Assembly (NCBI GenBank): GCA_000025185.1
Contig: CP001848.1
Coordinates: 1,380,001-1,412,000, forward strand
Direction of reading: 5' to 3'
Source of the DNA: Pirellula staleyi DSM 6068
GTDB taxonomy: Bacteria; Planctomycetota; Planctomycetia; Pirellulales; Pirellulaceae
Length of the DNA stretch: 32,000 nucleotides
How positions within the stretch are numbered: position 1 is the stretch's first letter; every line of letters starts with the position of its first letter. The position numbers and the translations under genes were made by a program. The notes beneath the pieces are model-generated. The model was not told the DNA's origin. It saw only the letters and a program-made list of their open reading frames with translations, and made no database searches. This document shows positions 17,766 to 25,106 of this stretch, in pieces.

Positions 17766-19021
17766 AACCCGGCTTCAAGATGACCGAAATCGGCGAGATA
17801 CCGGCGGAATGGAACGCATATCACTTGTCGCAATTGTGGAAAGTTACTGACTGTAAACATGTAACAGCCACTTTTGTACCTGAAGGCTATCCTGTCGCAA
17901 GTATCAGAGAAGTGCAAAGCAAGTTTGTCAATCTACATGCCGCAAATCATACAACTCCCCACTTTTACAGACTGCTCATCGAGGGAGGACGTGATCCGCA
18001 AGCCGGAGATTTGATTCTAAGTCGAAATGCCACAGTTGGACAAATTGCGCAAGTGTCTCACTCACATCCAAAGTTCGCGATGGGACAAGACGTCTGTCTA
18101 CTTAGAAAAACTTCTCCGACAAATAGTACAGAGTTCATTCAGGCTGTATTTCAATCTCGAATTATAAAACAGCAGATATCCGACATTCTGGTCGGTTCAA
18201 CGTTCAAGAGAATTAATGTCAAGCAAATCAAGGCTTTTATAGTTCCTTCACCATCGGCAGCCGAACAACGGGCGATTGCGGGGGCGTTGTCGGATGTGGA
18301 TGCACTGATCGAGTCGCTCGAGCAGCTGATTGCCAAAAAGCGCGCCATCAAACAAGGAGCCATGCAAGAACTCCTCACCGGCAAACGCCGCCTCCCCGGA
18401 TTTTCAGGAAAATGGGAGAAGAAGCGACTTCAACAAATTGCTTGGTACCAAGAAGGTCCCGGTGTTCAGAAGCATCAGTTCGCAAGTGTCGGGACCAAAT
18501 TATTGAATGGATCGAATATAAGTCATGGCGAACTTTTTCTCGACCAGACTGAACGGTATATCGAAGATCAACTTGCGAATGGGACTTATCGACATTTCTT
18601 ATGCGATGCCGGCGACATCGTCATCGCGTCGTCTGGAATTTCACCGGCGACACTGAATGAAAAGATGGCGATTGTGCAAGCGTCGCATCTCCCACTTTGC
18701 ATGAACACTTCAACGATACGGTTTAAAGCGAATCAGGACCTTGCAACACAAGCGTTTCTATTTGTCTGCTTGCAGGGCAATTCGTTTAGGGATCAGATTG
18801 CTGGCATGGCGACAGGCTCAGCACAGTTAAACTTTGGGCCGTCTCACTTGAATAAAGTTGAACTGCTTCTACCTACCATTTCCGAGCAAGTTGCAGTAGC
18901 CGATGTCATTGGCTCTCTAGAACATGAATTGAGAAAACTTGACGATAGACTCACCAAACTCCGCCTCCTCAAACAAGCGATGATGCAGCAGCTGCTGACG
19001 GGGAAGATTCGGTTGGTGTAA
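17756..19021 (+). CDS. hsdS: Type I restriction-modification system, specificity subunit S
   Basis: Two variable, AT-richer target-recognition regions are separated by the conserved helices AEQRAIAGALSDVDALIESLEQLIAKKRAIKQGAMQELLTGKRRLPGF and SEQVAVADVIGSLEHELRKLDDRLTKLRLLKQAMMQQLLTGKIRLV. It overlaps the hsdM stop (ATGGCAGTGA). An alternative start is at 17780. Confidence 0.9.
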   Translation: MAVKPGFKMTEIGEIPAEWNAYHLSQLWKVTDCKHVTATFVPEGYPVASIREVQSKFVNLHAANHTTPHFYRLLIEGGRDPQAGDLILSRNATVGQIAQVSHSHPKFAMGQDVCLLRKTSPTNSTEFIQAVFQSRIIKQQISDILVGSTFKRINVKQIKAFIVPSPSAAEQRAIAGALSDVDALIESLEQLIAKKRAIKQGAMQELLTGKRRLPGFSGKWEKKRLQQIAWYQEGPGVQKHQFASVGTKLLNGSNISHGELFLDQTERYIEDQLANGTYRHFLCDAGDIVIASSGISPATLNEKMAIVQASHLPLCMNTSTIRFKANQDLATQAFLFVCLQGNSFRDQIAGMATGSAQLNFGPSHLNKVELLLPTISEQVAVADVIGSLEHELRKLDDRLTKLRLLKQAMMQQLLTGKIRLV

Positions 19022-19048
19022 CGCGGGCCCAGCGGCAGGTGGTGAAAT

Positions 19049-19573
19049 ATGCCCCACGGGTGGTGTATAGTGGCGACAGCCGTAAAGGGGATTTGCCGCT
19101 TCGCACCCACATGCGAGATGACCACCGCCATGGAACCGCTCGAACTCGAAAAAGTGATTGCGTTTGTCGCTGATCGTATCGCCCGCAAGATCGCCTACAA
19201 AGTGATGCTCGATCTGCGGAAGATGCCTTGCACCATGTCAGGCGATGATTCGGGACTCTCCAACGTTTGGGAAGAGATCTGTGTGCAGGTGCAGTATGAG
19301 GAGTCGCACTGCTGGGACATCTATGAACAGATGATCCGCGACCTAGTCGAATCGTATGTCGATGAACTCCCCATCGAACTTTACAACGCCGTTTGGCTAC
19401 AAACCGACCCCGGTTTCGATTGGCTTTATGCATCCCCTGAAACACGCAATCCGAGCCCTGCAGAATCAACTTCTGCGTCGAAGTGGGTCTATGACTTTGT
19501 GATCTCAAGAGCTGATTCCTGGTCGAACAAGGCTGTTCGGCGATACCTCCGACGAGCAAGCGAGCGAGACTAA
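19049..19573 (+). CDS. Hypothetical acidic protein embedded between hsdS and hsdR
   Basis: 174-aa ORF with an AGGTGG Shine-Dalgarno-like sequence 6 nt upstream of the ATG at 19049 (alternative ATGs at 19118 and 19130). It is tightly packed, 27 nt after hsdS and 6 nt before hsdR. Net charge from 19118 is about -9 by my count. No recognisable motif. Confidence 0.5.
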   Translation: MPHGWCIVATAVKGICRFAPTCEMTTAMEPLELEKVIAFVADRIARKIAYKVMLDLRKMPCTMSGDDSGLSNVWEEICVQVQYEESHCWDIYEQMIRDLVESYVDELPIELYNAVWLQTDPGFDWLYASPETRNPSPAESTSASKWVYDFVISRADSWSNKAVRRYLRRASERD

Positions 19574-19579
19574 TCCACC

Positions 19580-22500
19580 ATGTCGACCATCGGCGCTCCC
19601 GAACGCGAAACCCAGTCGCGCGTGATCCAGCTATTTTGCCAAGAGCTGGGCTACGACTATCTCGGCGATTTTCGCGACCGCGATGGCAACTCCAACGTCG
19701 AAACCACCTTGCTCGAAAAGTGGCTCGCCGCTCGAGGCTATTCACCCGCCCAAATCAGTGCCGCCATCTACAGGCTCACCAGCGAGGCCCATCACCCCAA
19801 TCGCAAGCTGATGGCCAGCAACAAAGCGGTCTATAGCCTGCTCCGCTACGGCGTGCCGGTGAAGGTGGAAGTCGGCAGCCCCACCGAAACCGTCCACCTC
19901 ATCGACTGGAGCCACCCCGAGCAAAACCACTTTGCCATCGCCGAAGAAGTGACATTGCAAGGCGACCACGACCGTCGCCCTGACCTCGTGATGTATGTCA
20001 ACGGCATTGCCATCGGCGTGATCGAACTCAAGAGCAGTATTGCGAGCATTGGCGAAGGCATTCGGCAACTCCTTTCGAACCAACAGACGCAGTTTCATGC
20101 CTGGTTCTTCTCGACCGTGCAACTGGTGCTCGCCGGTAGCAACTCCGAAGGGCTGCAATATGGAACCATCGGCACCGAGGAAAAGTATTTCCTCAAATGG
20201 AAAGAAGACGAAACCGACAACAGCCGGTTTAAGCTCGACAAATATCTTTTGAAGATCTGCCGCAAGGATCGCTTGATCGAACTACTGCTCGACTTCGTGC
20301 TGTTTGATGGCGGGGTGAAAAAACTGCCCCGCGTGCATCAGTACTTTGGTATCAAAGCGGCCCAGGAGCATGTGCGACAGAAAAAGGGTGGCATCATCTG
20401 GCACACCCAAGGGAGCGGCAAGAGCATTGTGATGGTGCTGCTGGCCAAGTGGATTTTGGAGAACTACCCGCAGGCCCGTGTGGCGATCATCACCGACCGC
20501 GACGAGCTCGATAAGCAAATCGAAGGAGTGCTCCGCGATGCCGGCGCGATTGGCGAAAACGATCAAGTGCGGGCCACCAGTGGCAGCGACCTGATGGTCA
20601 AACTGGCCCAGCCCACCCCCAGGCTGATTTGCTCGCTGGTGCACAAATTCGGCCGCAAGAAGGTCGACAACTTTGAGAAGTTCATCGAGGAACTGGAGGC
20701 TCAGCCTAGCCCTGCGGTGGGCGAACTGTTTGTGTTCGTCGACGAATGCCACCGGACGCAAAGTGGCAAGCTGCATCGAGTGATGAAGGCGCTGCTCCCC
20801 ACGGCAACGTTCATTGGCTTCACCGGCACCCCGCTGCTGAAAGACGACAAGGCCACCAGCCTCGAAATCTTTGGCGGCTATATCCACACCTACAAGTTCA
20901 GCGAAGCTGTCGAAGACAAGGTGGTGCTCGATCTGATCTATGAAGCCCGCGACATCGACCAACGACTATCGAGCCCCGAAAAGATCGACGAGTGGTTCGA
21001 GGCCAAAACACGCGGGCTCAACGACTGGCAAAAGAACGAGCTGAAAACCACGTGGGGAACGATGCAAAACCTGCTCAGTTCCAAATCGCGCATGAACCGC
21101 GTGGTGGCCGACATCCTGCACGACTTCAGCTGTCGCCCCCGGCTGAAAAGCGAACGGGGCAATGCCATCCTCGTCGCCTCTTCGATCTACGAAGCGTGCA
21201 AATACTACAAGCTCTTTCAAGAAACGCCTCTGAAAGGCAAATGCGCGATCATCACCTCGTACAATCCGCAGGCCAAAGACATTACGAAAGAAGAAGTCGG
21301 CGCTAACACCGAGACCGATAAGCAGTTTGTCTACAACACCTATACCGACCTGCTGACCGACGTCGCCCCTAATCCCAAGCAATCAAAAACCGAAACCTAC
21401 GAAGAAAATGCCAAGCATCTGTTTGTCGAAGAACCTGCCAACATGAAGCTATTGGTGGTGGTCGATAAACTCCTCACCGGCTTTGATGCCCCTTCGTGCA
21501 GCTATCTCTACATCGATAAGTCGATGCAGGACCATGGCCTGTTTCAAGCGATCTGCCGCACCAATCGACTCGACGATGACTCGAAAGACTTTGGCTATAT
21601 CGTCGACTATAAGAACCTCTTTAAGAGTGTGCAGAAGGCGATCAAGGTCTATACCTCGGAGATCGACAAAACTTCGGGCGGCTCCGATCCAGAAGTGCTG
21701 ATGCACGATCGTCTTACCAAAGGCAAAGAGCGGCTCGATAATGCCATCGAAGCGATCGAACTTTTGTGTGAACCGGTTGATCCACCGAAGGCAGAACTCG
21801 AACATATTCGCTACTTCTGCGGAAATACCGAAGTTCCCACCGATCTGAAAGAGCGCGAGCCGATGCGTGTGGCGCTCTACAAAGCAACCGTAGCACTGCT
21901 CCGCGCCTATGGAAGCATTGCCGACGAACTGGAAGAGGCTGGGTATAGCGCTGGCGAAGTGAAGCGGATCAAGAAGCGGCTCGATCACTTTGTGAACATG
22001 CGCGAAATCGTTCGCAAAGCGAGCGGCGAAACACTCGATCTTAAACCGTATGAATCGGACATGCGGCACCTGATCGATTCATATATCGATGCGTCGGAGC
22101 CGCGCAAGATCTCGCCCTTTGACAACATGGGGCTCTTGGAACTGATTGTCAAAACGGGAATTGCCGAAGCGATTGCCAACCAGCTTGGCGGGATGAAAGG
22201 AAACCAAGATGCCATCGCCGAGACGATCGAAAACAACGTTCGTAGCAAGATCATTACCGATCGTAATAACGACCCCGCCTTTTATGATCGCATGTCGACC
22301 TTGCTCGACGAAATCGTCGCCGCACGTAAGGCCAAAGCGATCAAGTACGAAGACTTTCTGAAGAAGGTGGCCGAGCTTGCCAAGATGGTTCACGAGGGAA
22401 AAGATGCTGAACTATCGGCTAAACTCAACACGCCTGGCAAGCGAGCCCTTTACAACAATTTAGCCAACGACGAAGCAACGGCGCTCAAAATCGACGAAAC

Positions 22501-22642
22501 GGTGAAGGCTGTGCGACCTGATGACTGGCGCGGCGTACAAGCCCGCGAGAAGATCATTAAGGCAGCCCTTTACGGTGTTTTGCAGGATAGCGAACAAGTG
22601 GAAAAGGTATTTGAGATCGTGAAAGCGCAGAAGGAGTACTAA
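19580..22642 (+). CDS. hsdR: Type I restriction enzyme, R (endonuclease/translocase) subunit
   Basis: SF2 helicase motifs are present: HTQGSGKS (I), FVDECHRTQ (II, DEAH-like), FTGTP (III) and QAICRTNR (VI). The N-terminal nuclease region (DLVMYVNGIAIGVIELK) is typical of HsdR. Length is 1020 aa. Confidence 0.93.
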   Translation: MSTIGAPERETQSRVIQLFCQELGYDYLGDFRDRDGNSNVETTLLEKWLAARGYSPAQISAAIYRLTSEAHHPNRKLMASNKAVYSLLRYGVPVKVEVGSPTETVHLIDWSHPEQNHFAIAEEVTLQGDHDRRPDLVMYVNGIAIGVIELKSSIASIGEGIRQLLSNQQTQFHAWFFSTVQLVLAGSNSEGLQYGTIGTEEKYFLKWKEDETDNSRFKLDKYLLKICRKDRLIELLLDFVLFDGGVKKLPRVHQYFGIKAAQEHVRQKKGGIIWHTQGSGKSIVMVLLAKWILENYPQARVAIITDRDELDKQIEGVLRDAGAIGENDQVRATSGSDLMVKLAQPTPRLICSLVHKFGRKKVDNFEKFIEELEAQPSPAVGELFVFVDECHRTQSGKLHRVMKALLPTATFIGFTGTPLLKDDKATSLEIFGGYIHTYKFSEAVEDKVVLDLIYEARDIDQRLSSPEKIDEWFEAKTRGLNDWQKNELKTTWGTMQNLLSSKSRMNRVVADILHDFSCRPRLKSERGNAILVASSIYEACKYYKLFQETPLKGKCAIITSYNPQAKDITKEEVGANTETDKQFVYNTYTDLLTDVAPNPKQSKTETYEENAKHLFVEEPANMKLLVVVDKLLTGFDAPSCSYLYIDKSMQDHGLFQAICRTNRLDDDSKDFGYIVDYKNLFKSVQKAIKVYTSEIDKTSGGSDPEVLMHDRLTKGKERLDNAIEAIELLCEPVDPPKAELEHIRYFCGNTEVPTDLKEREPMRVALYKATVALLRAYGSIADELEEAGYSAGEVKRIKKRLDHFVNMREIVRKASGETLDLKPYESDMRHLIDSYIDASEPRKISPFDNMGLLELIVKTGIAEAIANQLGGMKGNQDAIAETIENNVRSKIITDRNNDPAFYDRMSTLLDEIVAARKAKAIKYEDFLKKVAELAKMVHEGKDAELSAKLNTPGKRALYNNLANDEATALKIDETVKAVRPDDWRGVQAREKIIKAALYGVLQDSEQVEKVFEIVKAQKEY

Positions 22643-23358
22643 TGAGCGAAGTACTTCAGCTTGGCGACTTGGCGATTGAGCTCATTCAGAAAGACATCAA
22701 GAACGTCCACTTGAGTGTGCATCCACCGCATGGTCGAGTGCGCATTGCAGTGCCCAAGAACATGACGCGCGAGCGGGTGCGGGTGTTTGCTATTTCGAAG
22801 CTGGCATGGATCAGGCAGCAACAAAAGAAACTGCGCGAGCAAGCCCGAGAGTCGCGGCGTGAGTACTCGGAACGCGAGAGCCATTATGTGTGGGGCAAAC
22901 GCTATTTGCTCACCATCCTGGAGAAGAATGAGCCACCCAAGATTGAATTGCTGCATCGCAAGTTGCGAATGACCGTTCGGCCTGTGACGGACGAAGTACA
23001 GCGGGCGGCGCTGCTGGAGGGTTGGTATCGCGAGTTGATTCGTCAGCGGGCACCTGACTTTATTGAGCGTTGGCAAAAGCAGCTGGGTGTGGAGCACTCG
23101 AAGTTTTTTGTACGTCGGATGAAGACCCGCTGGGGAAGCTGCAATCCGGTGCGGCGAACCATTCGGCTCAATACCGATCTCGCCAAAAAACCCATCGAGT
23201 GTCTGGAGTATGTGATTGTGCATGAGTTGATGCACCTCTTGGAGCCAACGCACAATGCTCGTTTTGTACGGCTGATGAATCACCATTTTCCCAGCTGGCA
23301 ACAGTGCCGCAATTTGCTCAACCGCCTACCTGTCAGGCACGAAGATTGGAGGGTGTAG
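22642..23358 (+). CDS. YgjP/DUF45-type (M48/SprT-like) zinc metallopeptidase commonly linked to type I R-M
   Basis: RWGSCNPVRRTIRLNTDLAKKPIECLEYVIVHELMHLLEPTHNARF contains the HExxH zinc motif in the DUF45 context. Its start overlaps the hsdR stop (TAATG). Confidence 0.8.
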   Translation: MSEVLQLGDLAIELIQKDIKNVHLSVHPPHGRVRIAVPKNMTRERVRVFAISKLAWIRQQQKKLREQARESRREYSERESHYVWGKRYLLTILEKNEPPKIELLHRKLRMTVRPVTDEVQRAALLEGWYRELIRQRAPDFIERWQKQLGVEHSKFFVRRMKTRWGSCNPVRRTIRLNTDLAKKPIECLEYVIVHELMHLLEPTHNARFVRLMNHHFPSWQQCRNLLNRLPVRHEDWRV

Positions 23359-23390
23359 GCGGGTCGGATTTTATTTGGCAATCGGGCTCA

Positions 23391-23842
23391 CGTTTTGCTA
23401 CGATCCAAGGCATCGCGGGGAAGCTGGTTTTTCATCAGCTTTGGGCGATAGGTTTGTTTCGCCACGAGCCCGATATGCAGAGTCAGTCGTGGCTGGTGGT
23501 TTTCGGTTTGTTGTAGTTGGAAGGTTGTTTGGAGTATCCAGAGTCGGCGATTCCCAGGTGGATGCGTTTGGATACCTTGGTGAGGGGTGAACTCCTGAGT
23601 GTGGCAGCGTTGCGACAGCAGAGCGCAGTCCGAGCGGTAAGGCACGCACAGGGAGCGATCGCTTCTTGCGATTCAATTTGGCGCACGCGCGCAAGTGGGG
23701 CGTCGATTTGTGAATCCTGAGAGGTTGATGAGGTGTTGGTATGTACGTAGTCGAGAGGCTAGGTTTGTGAAGATGGTTTGCAACTGTTTACTGCTGAAAC
23801 ACTTGGCACGAATTTGGCGAGATCGTGACGGGTGCGGAAGGG
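23391..23842 (+). repeat. CRISPR leader, copy 1 (452 bp, identical to 28350..28801)
   Basis: Every 10-mer block compared by eye is identical to the second copy at a constant offset of 4959 nt. It ends exactly at the first repeat of array 1. It is G/T-rich with no convincing ORF. Confidence 0.85.
23804..23819 (+). promoter_or_regulatory. Sigma-54-like -24/-12 element in leader copy 1
   Basis: TGGCACGaattTGGCg compared with the consensus TGGCACG-N4-TTGCW: the GG and GC dinucleotides are correctly spaced with one mismatch (TTGC to TGGC). The GC lies 24 nt upstream of the first repeat. No experimental support. Confidence 0.25.
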
Positions 23843-25020
23843 GTGTGAGAAAGAGGCCCTTCGGGGCCGATTGAGACTTGTAGTTCGTACGGTGCTCTAA
23901 CCAACTGAGGGTGTGAGAAAGAGGCCCTTCGGGGCCGATTGAGACGACGTCATACGCGTCGTGAGACGTTGGTACGCCAGTGTGAGAAAGAGGCCCTTCG
24001 GGGCCGATTGAGACCCAACCCGACTCAGGGAGATTCTGAAGAACGCTAAGGTGTGAGAAAGAGGCCCTTCGGGGCCGATTGAGACGCGCACCACCAAACA
24101 GATCTCACGAGAGTCGCGCTTAGTGTGAGAAAGAGGCCCTTCGGGGCCGATTGAGACTCTGGCTTCTCAGCCGGAGGCGCCTTTGGCTCCTGTGTGAGAA
24201 TGAGGCCCTTCGGGGCCGATTGAGACGCCTCCGTCGGTGAGTTCTTGATGGCGTCATTTTCGTGTGAGAATGAGGCCCTTCGGGGCCGATTGAGACAGGA
24301 ATTGTTTCCGCCGTTCTTCACGAGCTAAACGCTGTGTGAGAAAGAGGCCCTTCGGGGCCGATTGAGACTACGTCTCGAATGACCCGTGCGTGAAGTAACG
24401 GTGGTGTGAGAAAGAGGCCCTTCGGGGCCGATTGAGACCCGCCGCGATCGGAAAGTTCAATCCGTTCACGCCTGTGTGAGAAAGAGGCCCTTCGGGGCCG
24501 ATTGAGACCCGACATCGCTGACATAGTATCGTGCAACTTCCTTACCCGTGTGAGAAAGAGGCCCTTCGGGGCCGATTGAGACCGCGGAGCGGCAACCGGG
24601 ATGTCGATCCCGAGACGATCGGTGTGAGAAAGAGGCCCTTCGGGGCCGATTGAGACACTCGGGTTTGCGAAATCCTCATCGACACTGATTGCGTGTGAGA
24701 AAGAGGCCCTTCGGGGCCGATTGAGACGAAGGAATGTGCCTACGCGACTACTACACGGAATCGTGCGTGTGAGAATGAGGCCCTTCGGGGCCGATTGAGA
24801 CTGCGTGAAATACCGATGGTACCCCACCGTCACCCGAGTGTGAGAATGAGGCCCTTCGGGGCCGATTGAGACTTCCCTTGCAGGAGGCTCACGGCTGTCA
24901 TTGTTAGGTTTCGTGTGAGAAAGAGGCCCTTCGGGGCCGATTGAGACGGACTCCTCGTAACGGTCCTCCATGTCCTCACGGTGCAGGGTGAGAAAGAGGC
25001 CCTTCGGGGCCGATCTTTAA
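23843..25020 (+). CRISPR. CRISPR array 1: 17 repeats (last one degenerate), 16 spacers
   Basis: The 35-nt repeat is GTGTGAGAAAGAGGCCCTTCGGGGCCGATTGAGAC. It has an internal GGCCC-TTCG-GGGCC hairpin and a 3' ATTGAGAC, the canonical Cas6-type 8-nt handle. Repeat starts: 23843, 23911, 23980, 24051, 24123, 24192, 24262, 24334, 24404, 24474, 24548, 24622, 24693, 24767, 24838, 24913, 24986. Spacers are 33-40 nt and all unique. The terminal repeat diverges (GGGTGAG...GATCTTTAA), consistent with a leader on the left. Confidence 0.95.
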
Positions 25021-25106
25021 GCTTGCACCCAGACCAGTAGCAATTCCGTTCGATTCCGAGTACCACAGGAGAACGAAACCCCGCTGCCCAACCCAGGCAC
25101 GAAACT

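Noticed and set aside
18969-23301. Minus-strand ORFs 18969..19745, 20282..20962, 21449..22069 and 22639..23301
   Set aside because: They are shadow ORFs opposite hsdS/orf/hsdR/ygjP-like genes, with no motifs.
23388-23694. Duplicated ORFs inside the leaders: 23398..23694 and 28357..28653 (98 aa, identical), and 23388..23645 (85 aa)
   Set aside because: Their composition is low-complexity and P/T/R/Q-rich. The 85-aa ORF's stop is not preserved in copy 2, where it fuses into the 275-aa 27777..28604 ORF antisense to cas2. The plus-strand ORFs 23304..23516 and 28251..28475 begin outside the duplicated segment with different N-termini. Their identity is explained by the DNA repeat itself.
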